From Blastocatellia bacterium AA13 (GTDB lineage: Bacteria; Acidobacteriota; Blastocatellia; UBA7656): a DNA stretch of 64,000 nt. The notes under the pieces were generated by a model that made no database searches, was not told the origin of the DNA, and saw nothing but the letters and a program-made list of their open reading frames with translations. The translations under genes were made by a program, and so were the position numbers. Below, piece by piece: positions 28,741 to 36,722 of this stretch (its first letter is position 1; every line of letters starts with the position of its first letter). The stretch lies in the NCBI GenBank assembly GCA_003222245.1, contig QHVH01000041.1, positions 6,487 to 70,486 of the forward strand. Direction: 5' to 3'.

Positions 28741-29562
28741 ATGACTAAGACACTCGCTACAAGCCAATGGGCTGACCTGCTCAATCAAGCTGTCACTCAA
28801 CCCGGATTGATTCTCAAAGCGTATTCCAGTTTTCACGGCTACAGCATCGGCAATCAGATTGCGGCCCTAGTTCAGTGTCAGACGCGCAATATTCAACCCG
28901 GCCCTATCAACACCTATCCCGGATGGCAAAGACTCAACAGGCAGGTTATGAAAGGGCAGAAGGCTATCTGGCTTTGTATGCCTATAACGTTCAAGCGGAA
29001 GGCAGCGAACGATCAGAGCAGCGGACAAGAGAGCCAACCGGAGAGAGAAGTCATCACGGGGTTTGTGTGGAAGCCAAACTGGTTTGTATTGGCACAGACT
29101 GACGGCCAGCCGGTTCCGATGCCTGAGATACCAGCATGGGACAAGGCGAAAGCTCTAGCGGCTCTCAACGTCACAGAGATTGAGTTTGAAGGGATGGACG
29201 GGAATGTACAGGGGTACGCGAAGAGAAGAGAGGTTGCAATATCGCCGCTCGCAGAGCTGCCAGCCAAGACACTCTTTCACGAACTAGGCCACGTCGGGTT
29301 AGGGCATACACTAGAGGCAGGAGTAAGCGACTCAGAGGCTACCCCGCGAAGTCTGCGAGAAGTTGAGGCGGAAGCCGTCGCATTGATTCTTTGTGAGTCT
29401 CTCAGCCTGCCCGGTGCCGAGTATTGCAGAGGGTACATTCAAAGCTGGCTCGTGGGTGACGCGATACCGGAGAAGTCTGCTCAAAAGATATTCGGAGCCG
29501 CTGACAGGATTCTATGTGCGGGCTGCTCCAAAGAAGGGAGGGTTGAACAATGGTTTTCGTAG
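28741..29562 (+). CDS. ArdC-like antirestriction protein: DUF1738-type N-terminal ssDNA-binding domain fused to a C-terminal HExxH zinc-metallopeptidase domain
   Basis: N-terminus ...YSSFHGYSIGNQIAALVQ...GWQRLNRQVMKGQKAIWLCMP (ArdC-N-like). C-terminus FHELGHVGLGH, an HExxH motif. Confidence 0.55.
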   Translation: MTKTLATSQWADLLNQAVTQPGLILKAYSSFHGYSIGNQIAALVQCQTRNIQPGPINTYPGWQRLNRQVMKGQKAIWLCMPITFKRKAANDQSSGQESQPEREVITGFVWKPNWFVLAQTDGQPVPMPEIPAWDKAKALAALNVTEIEFEGMDGNVQGYAKRREVAISPLAELPAKTLFHELGHVGLGHTLEAGVSDSEATPRSLREVEAEAVALILCESLSLPGAEYCRGYIQSWLVGDAIPEKSAQKIFGAADRILCAGCSKEGRVEQWFS

Positions 29563-29664
29563 TCGTGCTGTTCTTTATCTTGAAGGTCGCAGCCAGCTTT
29601 GCGGCTAAGGCAATCAGAATAAAATGAGACAGAGGCGGGCTGCGCATACCACAAAACACGCAGA

Positions 29665-29679
29665 CTACTAAAATAGTAG
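29665..29679 (+). repeat. Inverted copy (ctactaaaatagtag) of the 15-bp near-palindromic motif, 17 nt upstream of the small recombinase start
   Basis: Its reverse complement, ctactattttagtag, matches the 26159-26174 copy at 14 of 15 positions. Confidence 0.6.
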
Positions 29680-29695
29680 AAAAGGGGACGGCACG

Positions 29696-30382
29696 ATGAA
29701 TACACTCGCTACAGAATGCTCATTAAGTAAAGAGTCAGAGGCACAGGCGGTAACAAGAGCCGACACTTGCAGTCAAACTTCGCTCACGCCCAATAGCCGT
29801 AAAGTAAAGAGTGGCTGTGATGCCGTGGACGGAGAGAGCAAAGACTATATGACCGAATCGGAGATTGCCCAATTTCTTGCCGCTTCGAAGCAGGGCAGAC
29901 ACGGAATCCGAGACTACTGCATGATGTTGATCGCTTATCGCCACGGCTTGCGCGTTAGTGAATTAATTGACATTCGGCTCGCCGACGTTGATATGGTCAC
30001 AGCACGTCTGTTCGTTCGACGTTTGAAAGGCAGCCTGTCAACGCATCAGCCTATCGAAGGTGACGAACTCCGCGCTATTCGTGCTTGGTTGCGTCAGCGG
30101 TCTTTAGAGAGCAATGCAGCCCACTCGCCCTTTCTCTTCTTGAGTGAACGCGGCCCGTTCACAAGGCAAGCATTGAACTACTTGGTTCAGCAGACAGGGG
30201 AAAGAGCGAAGCTAGGCTTTCGAGTACATCCTCATACCCTGCGCCACTCGTGCGGATTCTACTTGGCCAACAAGGGCTTGGATACGCGGTTGATTCAAGA
30301 CTATCTCGGCCACAGGAATATTGCGCACACGAGCAGGTACACGCGCACGGCTGCATCGAGATTCGAAGGGTTGTGGCGATGA
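29696..30382 (+). CDS. Small tyrosine site-specific recombinase (FimB/FimE-like or invertase-like), a second recombinase on the island
   Basis: RDYCMMLIAYRHGLRVSELIDIRLADVD...HTLRHSCGFYLANKGLDTRLIQDYLGHRNIAHTSRYTR contains the catalytic R, H-x-x-R, H and Y residues and is about 190-228 aa long, like FimB/E. Confidence 0.7.
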   Translation: MNTLATECSLSKESEAQAVTRADTCSQTSLTPNSRKVKSGCDAVDGESKDYMTESEIAQFLAASKQGRHGIRDYCMMLIAYRHGLRVSELIDIRLADVDMVTARLFVRRLKGSLSTHQPIEGDELRAIRAWLRQRSLESNAAHSPFLFLSERGPFTRQALNYLVQQTGERAKLGFRVHPHTLRHSCGFYLANKGLDTRLIQDYLGHRNIAHTSRYTRTAASRFEGLWR

Positions 30383-30433
30383 AGGCAAGGTATCCGATCA
30401 TTTGCAAGTCTCCACTCTGTGTTGCCACAACTT

Positions 30434-30874
30434 TCAAGCTAATCCACCGAAGATAATCAGCCCGATACCGATGCTGGATACCAAGACACCAACAATATAG
30501 TAAGGTGTCCAAGCGCGTAGGACGATTTCGGGGTTTATTGCGCTACCGGACAGGTAGATGTCTTTCTGAGTGAAGCCCAACACCTCGCAGATGTTCTTAA
30601 TCGTCGCGACGATTTCACACCGTCGCTTCTGGCTCAAGTAGAGTAGCCTTGAAGCGATAAGACATAATGTCAAATCAATTGAGAGCAATCCAATCTGCAT
30701 TAGTACCCGAGACAGAGGATGACTTGTCAGCCACGCGCCTAGTAGAAGCTGAACTGTAAAATATCCCGTGAAGAGCTTAAGGTCCAACTCCGTGATCGAA
30801 CGAAGCAGCGCCACTTGATCGTCATAGCGCATTTTTAGAGCGTCAAATCGATGTGCTTGGTAAACAGCCTCCAT
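30434..30874 (-). CDS. Hypothetical small membrane protein (three predicted TM segments)
   Basis: Hydrophobic stretches FTGYFTVQLLLGAWL, IGLLSIDLTLCLIASRLLYL and YYIVGVLVSSIGIGLIIFGGLA. Confidence 0.4.
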   Translation of the reverse strand: MEAVYQAHRFDALKMRYDDQVALLRSITELDLKLFTGYFTVQLLLGAWLTSHPLSRVLMQIGLLSIDLTLCLIASRLLYLSQKRRCEIVATIKNICEVLGFTQKDIYLSGSAINPEIVLRAWTPYYIVGVLVSSIGIGLIIFGGLA

Positions 30875-31219
30875 TCCTATGCCTTCCTTTCTAACTACTC
30901 AGCAACTCCACAATTGTGATGAGTCAATCCAGTGTACACACGAGGGTTTAGTCGTATTCCGACATGCGCCGCCGGAAGAGATTATCAATGCTAAGAATGC
31001 CCTAAATCGAAACCTACTTACTTCATTAGGCCCGTATTTCTTTTTTTGATACGCTTCTGATTGAAACCGCTTGGGGTAGCCGATTATATAGAGTGAAACC
31101 GAATCTTCAAAGTAAAACAAAGGGTCTAAAGGGTCTACGCGGAAGATAAGCCGCGACTATCTATAGACGCATCTTGGCAGTCCGACAGTCGGTTCTCGTA
31201 AGAACGAAAAAGTGCCGCC

Positions 31220-31672
31220 ATGGGAAGAAAGAAGGGCACGAGCAAGTCAGCAAGTACGGCATTAAGGACCAAGATCATCGAAGGTACTCAAGCTCGATTG
31301 CCACAATCGGAAATAGCGAGACAGCTTCGTTGCAGCCCTCAGTACGTCAGCTCCGTCATCAAGGAAGCAAAGAAAAACTCTGAACGGTTTGTCGATGTCT
31401 CCGAAACAATGGCGGAGTTTCGCAAGCTGGGATGGAAGATCGTGGATATTTACGACAAGCTGGCGACTGAAACAAAGTTCTCGAATGGCAAGGTGTCACT
31501 CAGGACGCTTGGCAAATGGGCCAGAGGGGAAGCCAAGGCGTCGAAAACACGTGCTGAGACTCTAAAGGACGCACTCACTCACGTGAGAAACCTCGAAGGC
31601 TATGTTCAAGCCCCTCGATCTCGGAAGGGCTTACCGCTGCTTAATCCTCTTAAGAAGAAGGCTGCCCACTAA
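31220..31672 (+). CDS. HTH DNA-binding protein (N-terminal HTH_23/psq-like module), putative regulator of the element
   Basis: LPQSEIARQLRCSPQYVSSVIKEA is a classic HTH. Confidence 0.45.
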   Translation: MGRKKGTSKSASTALRTKIIEGTQARLPQSEIARQLRCSPQYVSSVIKEAKKNSERFVDVSETMAEFRKLGWKIVDIYDKLATETKFSNGKVSLRTLGKWARGEAKASKTRAETLKDALTHVRNLEGYVQAPRSRKGLPLLNPLKKKAAH

Positions 31673-31797
31673 CGCTCTAACACTCCGTTACAGAAAAAAG
31701 GAACACTGATTTGGTCGTAATTTAAGTATCAGCGAATGTTAAGCTCAGTTCTTCAAATTTCTCAATAGTATTACTGAAGGGATAAAACGCCTTTGAC

Positions 31798-32187
31798 TTG
31801 AAAATAAGGGAAATGAAAGAAAGGACGATGAACAGATTGAACTCTGAGAACTCTATACCATGCATTGAAGAAGTAGCTTTTGAAACAGCACGCATTCTAA
31901 AACAGCAAATTGAAACTAAGGACTTGATGAAACTATTACAAATTGTCTTTCTCACCGTAGACGAAGCGGCTTGGCTTCTGAGGGTAGAGAAAAAGACAGT
32001 CTACGATTGGATTTCGAAAGACCTCTTACCTGTGAGATACGCCAACTCCAAGCCGATTTTCTTGCTCGCTGAACTCATGGATTGGACACGTCCAGAAAAC
32101 GACAAGCACACGGAACGTAGACTCCCGCTCGCAACGCAGTGTAAGATCGCAACGCCACGGTTGGCTGCGATTCGGGAAAGGAGTTAG
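31798..32187 (+). CDS. xis: Excisionase-family DNA-binding protein (Xis-like)
   Basis: LTVDEAAWLLRVEKKTVYDWISKDLLPVRYANSKPIFLLAELMDW matches the excisionase-family HTH (TIGR01764-like). It lies directly upstream of int. Confidence 0.6.
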   Translation: MKIREMKERTMNRLNSENSIPCIEEVAFETARILKQQIETKDLMKLLQIVFLTVDEAAWLLRVEKKTVYDWISKDLLPVRYANSKPIFLLAELMDWTRPENDKHTERRLPLATQCKIATPRLAAIRERS

Positions 32188-32193
32188 CGAACC

Positions 32194-33282
32194 GTGTCAG
32201 TCAAGCAGAGAGGTAAGAGTAAGACATGGTACTACTACTTCCGTCTGAACAGTGTCAGGTACCGAAGAGCGATTCCAGAGGCACGCACAAAGTATCAGGC
32301 TCAACAAGCGGAAGCAGCAGCAAGAGACAGTATCTTCGAAGGCAAGTACAACAGGCGATCAAGCACCACGACCTTTCGTCAGTTTGTCGAATCTGAATTC
32401 TTGCCTTGGGCAAAGGACAACAAGCGCTCTTGGAGAAACGATGTTTCCAGAGCCAAGCCACTGATTGAATTCTTCGGTAAGCAAAGGCTATCGGAAGTGA
32501 CGCGATTCCTGATAGAGCAGTTCAAGAAGCAAAGGCGCGGCGGCTTAAGCATGCGAGGGGACTCACTGAGTAATTCTTCGGTGAATCGGGAGCTAGAACT
32601 TTTGTCGAGGATATTCAGCTTCGCCATAGAGCGCGGCGAGATAGATAGCAACCCATTCAAAGGCGTCAAGAAACTGCCAATGAATAACCTGTTGACTCGC
32701 TATCTCACAGAGGACGAAGAACGCCGCCTGATGGCTGTGCTGACGAATCGGCGCGCACACTTGCTACCTATCGTACTGATTGCGCTTCACACCGGTATGA
32801 GACGGGGTGAGATTTTATCGCTGCGATGGGAGCAAGTGGATTTCGTTCGCGAGTCGATTTACTTGTTGCACACGAAGTCGGGCAAGCCTCGCACCGTACC
32901 AATGAACGCTGTTGTGAAAGATGCGATGTCGGAAGTGAGGAAAGACGCAGGCGGTTTTGAGTATGTCTTTCTCAATCCCCGAACAGGCAAGCCTCTAACG
33001 GACATCAAGAACGCTTTCAATGCTGCACTGAAGGAAGCTGGAATTGAGGGGCTACGCTTTCATGACTTGAGGCATACTGCGGGAACTCGAATGGCAGATG
33101 CCAACGCGCCGATAACGGCGATAGCGGAGATTCTGGGCCACAGGGACATCCACACAACGATGCGATACGCTCACGCGACCGACGAAGGGAAGCGAAGGGC
33201 AGTCAAGTCGCTGGAGGGAGTTGTCCCCAATTTGGCCACAAAGAGCAACAGCAGCCCGTTGAAGGCTGCTGTAACTTGCTGA
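32194..33282 (+). CDS. int: Tyrosine integrase (phage integrase family), adjacent to tRNA-Met
   Basis: C-terminal catalytic domain HTGMRRGEILSLRW...HDLRHTAGTRMA...GHRDIHTTMRYAH (R, H-x-x-R, Y). N-terminal SAM-like domain. It ends 5 nt before the tRNA. Confidence 0.9.
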   Translation: MSVKQRGKSKTWYYYFRLNSVRYRRAIPEARTKYQAQQAEAAARDSIFEGKYNRRSSTTTFRQFVESEFLPWAKDNKRSWRNDVSRAKPLIEFFGKQRLSEVTRFLIEQFKKQRRGGLSMRGDSLSNSSVNRELELLSRIFSFAIERGEIDSNPFKGVKKLPMNNLLTRYLTEDEERRLMAVLTNRRAHLLPIVLIALHTGMRRGEILSLRWEQVDFVRESIYLLHTKSGKPRTVPMNAVVKDAMSEVRKDAGGFEYVFLNPRTGKPLTDIKNAFNAALKEAGIEGLRFHDLRHTAGTRMADANAPITAIAEILGHRDIHTTMRYAHATDEGKRRAVKSLEGVVPNLATKSNSSPLKAAVTC

Positions 33283-33287
33283 AGTAT

Positions 33288-33364
33288 TGGTAGCGGCGAG
33301 TGGACTTGAACCACTGACCTTGGGGTTATGAATCCCACGCTCTAACCACCTGAGCTACGCCGCC
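33288..33364 (-). tRNA. tRNA-Met (anticodon CAT) with encoded CCA
   Basis: The reverse complement, GGCGGCGTAGCTCAGGTGGTTAGAGCGTGGGATTCATAACCCCAAGGTCAGTGGTTCAAGTCCACTCGCCGCTACCA, folds as a cloverleaf with anticodon loop TTCATAA. Confidence 0.85.
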
Positions 33365-33422
33365 ACATCAATTTCTTGCTCACTACAAAGAACTCCGCGG
33401 GAGGGCTTCTGTCATAACAATG

Positions 33423-33488
33423 ATCGAGTACGACCTCCGTCTCCATCGAGTACGACCTCCGTCTCTATCGAGTACGACCTCCCCTCTC
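33423..33488. repeat. Three tandem copies of a 22-bp unit (atcgagtacgacctccgtctcc; the third is degenerate), 60 nt from the tRNA-Met/attL
   Basis: Read directly: 33423-33444, 33445-33466, 33467-33488. Confidence 0.6.
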
Positions 33489-33692
33489 ACCCGCCCCTCC
33501 GAGTGCATGAACATAACGCATGCTCGTATATCATGTCTATATTCGTGAGCCTAGCCTAACTGGGGCCGGTAAGCCTTCGCATCTATATCCTTGCTCCATC
33601 AGTAAACCGTAACCGGAAGTGTGAAAACAACGGAAACAGCATGCTCGACCAAAAGAGCGGGAGTAAACTCCCTCCCAACCTGTGATTTTTTG

Positions 33693-33830
33693 ACTCCACC
33701 CGTTGTTCTTAAATTCCACCGCTGATTCTTAAAATCCAACCTTTTAATTTTTAATCCCGCCTTCTTGTTCTCAATCGCAACCTCCGATTTCAAATCCAAT
33801 TTTAAATCCCCATCTGTGATTCAGATCGTT
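33693..33830. repeat. AT-rich array of about 7 degenerate direct repeats of roughly 20 bp (TCCaNCC...TTCTTAAA), iteron-like
   Basis: gactccacccgttgttcttaaat / tccaccgctgattcttaaaa / tccaaccttttaattttt / aatcccgccttcttgttctcaa / tcgcaacctccgatttcaaa / tccaattttaaa / tccccatctgtgattcag. Confidence 0.4.
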
Positions 33831-33883
33831 GTCGTTCCAGCTCCAGATTCTCTATACAATCTTCGCACTTGCTGAGTGTGTCC

Positions 33884-33930
33884 TTGCGTTCTTGCCTCTC
33901 GCGTCTTTGCGTCTTTGCGCCCTGGCGTTC
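33884..33930. repeat. Short tandem 8-bp repeats (GCGTCTTT/GCGTTCTT...) of the same family as at 60189-60225
   Basis: ttgcgttcttgcctctcgcgtctttgcgtctttgcgccctggcgttc. Confidence 0.45.
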
Positions 33931-33941
33931 CTCTTTAACCT

Positions 33942-35534
33942 TCATTGCAGCTTCAGGAACATAGTCAGATTTTCATTCGCTCGGCCGAGGGCTCTCGCCA
34001 GGCTCAGCTTCGCGAGATTATGCGCGAAGACGCTGTTGATGTAGTCCAGTCTCGCGGTTGAAACCGCTTCCTGCGACTGCACTACGTCGACGTTGTCACT
34101 TACCCCCGCGTCGAATCGCTGGCGCGTTAAATCGAGGTTCTGGCGGCTCACCTGAATGTTTTTCGTAGCGATGTCGACCTGACCGGCGGCCGCTTGCAGA
34201 TCGAGATAAGCGTTGCGGATCTCGCCCTCGATGCGCCCTTTTAAATCCTCGAACTCGGCCTGCCGCTGAGTCAGCGCGGCCTCTGCCTGCAGGATATTTC
34301 CTTCCGTCCGGCCCCCCGTCCATATTGGAATTCGAATTGTGGCGGCAACCGCGAACGTGCCATGCGACTGAAAAGGGGTCGTACCGATCGCGCCATAGTC
34401 GGCATTGATTGAAAAGGATGGAAGCCGTTCCGCTCGGGCCGCGGATATGGATTGGTTGGCGGCCCTTACCTGCGCCTGCGCAGCCTTCAGGTCCGAGCGA
34501 TGTTCGAAGGCCTGCTTCAATGCTTCTTCGAGCGTGAGCGGGGGCGCCGGGGAAAAGGGCACATCGTCGGAGATGTCGTATAGATCGCTTACGGGAACTC
34601 CGGTCAATCTCGCCAGACTTATTTTCTGCTTGGCAAGATCGTTCTGTAGCGAGAGCAGCCGCTGTTGCTGCGTGAGCAGTTGAACCTGACTTCGATTCAC
34701 ATCGACTTGCGCAAGCACTCCGACGGCGCGCTGCTGGGCCGCTTGTTGATAGAGCGCATTGGCGGTCTCAACCTGGGCCTGCGCGGATTCCACCCTCGCC
34801 TTGGCCGCGATGACCTGAAGATACGACCCGCCGACCGCAAGGACGATGAGGTCACGCGCGTCATCCGCGAGTCTTTCGCCTGCTCGAGCCGTCTCCGAGG
34901 CCGACCGATAATTGTGCCACGCGGTCAGGTCTACGACGCTTTGCGAAAGAGACGCCCGCGCGTCGAAGACATTGAACGGCCCCACAATCGAAGGAAGCGA
35001 GAACCCGGGAATCGGAGAGCTGATCCGAAGACCGCTCGCCGTGAGATTCAACTGCTCGACGGTTTCATTGAGACTCGCGCTGATGTTTGGCATCAAGGCG
35101 CCGCGGGCCGACTTCTCCTGGCCTCTCGTCTGCCGGACAAGTTGAGTCAATCCAACCGCGCCGAGGTTATATTCGAGCCCGCGCTGAATTGCTTCGCGAA
35201 GCGACAGGCGTCCCGAGAATGGGAGCCGCGCCGTGCTCGGTATGCTTCCCGAATAAGGCCCCTGTATCTGAACGGTCGGGTTAATCGTGTTCACGCTTGT
35301 GGTCGTCCCCGGCACGGGAGTTTGAGTCGCAGTCACGGAACCGTTTTGCGCGGTTCTTCCGGATAGCGGGAGCGGATTTGCCTGCGAGCCAGGCTGTTGA
35401 CTTCTCGGCGGCCCCACTTGAGCGAAGCCATTAGTGACGAGGACAGAGCAAACCGTTGAGAGCATAAAGAACGTTCCGGCGATGTTAAATATTATTGCGA
35501 TCGATCTTCTCATCGTAGCAACCATGCCTTTCAA
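33942..35534 (-). CDS. TolC-like outer-membrane efflux protein (OMF family) with a signal peptide
   Basis: 530 aa with two coiled-coil-rich halves. It is the last gene of the HlyD-ABC operon. Confidence 0.8.
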   Translation of the reverse strand: MKGMVATMRRSIAIIFNIAGTFFMLSTVCSVLVTNGFAQVGPPRSQQPGSQANPLPLSGRTAQNGSVTATQTPVPGTTTSVNTINPTVQIQGPYSGSIPSTARLPFSGRLSLREAIQRGLEYNLGAVGLTQLVRQTRGQEKSARGALMPNISASLNETVEQLNLTASGLRISSPIPGFSLPSIVGPFNVFDARASLSQSVVDLTAWHNYRSASETARAGERLADDARDLIVLAVGGSYLQVIAAKARVESAQAQVETANALYQQAAQQRAVGVLAQVDVNRSQVQLLTQQQRLLSLQNDLAKQKISLARLTGVPVSDLYDISDDVPFSPAPPLTLEEALKQAFEHRSDLKAAQAQVRAANQSISAARAERLPSFSINADYGAIGTTPFQSHGTFAVAATIRIPIWTGGRTEGNILQAEAALTQRQAEFEDLKGRIEGEIRNAYLDLQAAAGQVDIATKNIQVSRQNLDLTRQRFDAGVSDNVDVVQSQEAVSTARLDYINSVFAHNLAKLSLARALGRANENLTMFLKLQ

Positions 35535-35553
35535 GGATGTTGAGTCTTCGCGG

Positions 35554-36720
35554 TTAGCTGAGCTGTTTTCGAAAGCGCCATACGCTCAGCGAGACTAGGA
35601 CGAGCGTGAACACAAGCAATCCCACAAAGTGAGGCCAGAGGGTTTGCAACCCGGTTCCTTTGAGCATGCTTCCCCGCACTATGGTGACGAAATGATAAAT
35701 CGGGTTTAGTTGAGTCAGGGGCTGAAGCCAGTGCGGCATCGCTTCAATCGGGCTAAAGGCCCCCGATAGCGTGGAGATCGGCGGGTTCACGAAGAAGCTG
35801 GTCAATGCCGCCTGCTGGGCGGATTTGCTAAAGGTCGCAATCACGGTGCCGATGCTTATTCCCGATAGTATGCAGAGCGCTCCGCCGCTCAGCACCAGCA
35901 GCAGGCTCCCTCGCGAAGGCACGTGAAAGACCACCCTGATAACCACGACGGCGCAGAGCATCATCAGACACAACAGCGCGAACAGCGGAGTCAGCTTGGC
36001 GATAATGACTTCGGTGGTGCTTGCCGGCGACATCAGCAATTGTTCGATGGTGCCCGCGGCGCGCTCTTTGACCATGGCTCCAGAGGCGACGATAGAGCTG
36101 TTTAGAATCAACAGGAGTCCTAACACACCGGTCACGATAAACCACGAGCCGTCGAGTCCGGGATTGTAGAGGAAGGCGGGAAAGGGCAATACTCGCCGCT
36201 GTTGAACCGGGCTCGAAGGCGTCATCCTGCCGACACTCAAACGAAGCCGCTCGCTTCGAAGCGTCTGGTTGTAGCTTTGAATCACTCCCTGCGCATAGCC
36301 CTCGGCTATGGCGGCGGTGTTTGCATTCATCGCGTTGAGAACGAATTGAATCGTAGTCTGGCGGCCGCGCGTGAGGTCTCGCGAATAGTCGTACGGAATG
36401 ACCAGTCCGCAATCGATGTCGCTCTTGCCTAACGCATCTCCGAGCTCGTCGCTTGAAAGATAAGAGCCGGCAAGCTTAAAACTCTTGCTCTCGGTCATAA
36501 CAGCGATCAGCTCACGGCTCTCCCGAGTTTTGCTGTCGTCGACGACGCCTAAGCGCAGATCGCTGACATTGGCGCTCAGAGCAAAGCCGAATACGAGCAA
36601 CTGCAACGCGGGCGGAACCACCATCGAGAGCACAAGCCGACGGTCGTGCCGGATCTGGTTGAATTCTTTTCGAACCAAGGCGAAAACGCGATGGCCGATC
36701 ACTGGAATGCCAGGTCGCAT
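35554..36720 (-). CDS. ABC-2 family transporter permease (YbhR/YbhS-like)
   Basis: Multiple TM segments and an ABC-2 permease fold. The ATG at 36720 sits 2 nt after the upstream gene's TAA (TAACCATG); ORF 35554..36825 overextends. Confidence 0.8.
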   Translation of the reverse strand: MRPGIPVIGHRVFALVRKEFNQIRHDRRLVLSMVVPPALQLLVFGFALSANVSDLRLGVVDDSKTRESRELIAVMTESKSFKLAGSYLSSDELGDALGKSDIDCGLVIPYDYSRDLTRGRQTTIQFVLNAMNANTAAIAEGYAQGVIQSYNQTLRSERLRLSVGRMTPSSPVQQRRVLPFPAFLYNPGLDGSWFIVTGVLGLLLILNSSIVASGAMVKERAAGTIEQLLMSPASTTEVIIAKLTPLFALLCLMMLCAVVVIRVVFHVPSRGSLLLVLSGGALCILSGISIGTVIATFSKSAQQAALTSFFVNPPISTLSGAFSPIEAMPHWLQPLTQLNPIYHFVTIVRGSMLKGTGLQTLWPHFVGLLVFTLVLVSLSVWRFRKQLS

Positions 36721-36722
36721 GG

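Larger units (their letters stand above)
25653..33364. mobile_element. Integrated genomic island / integrative element of about 7.7 kb in the 3' end of tRNA-Met, bounded by 50-bp direct repeats, of visibly lower GC than its flanks
   Basis: The intact tRNA-Met (33288-33364) lies adjacent to the integrase gene. The identical 50 nt (attggtagcggcgagtggacttgaaccactgaccttggggttatgaatcc) recur at 25653-25702. Cargo comprises int, xis, a second recombinase, ArdC-like and HTH proteins. Confidence 0.8.

Noticed and set aside
31220-31672. IS3-family transposase OrfA, a potential IS element, on the island
   Set aside because: Only an N-terminal HTH resembles OrfA. There is no downstream OrfB, DDE domain or inverted repeats. 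It is annotated as a generic HTH regulator.
33423-33488. CRISPR array
   Set aside because: There are only three directly abutting 22-bp units with no spacers and no cas genes, so this is simple tandem repeats.
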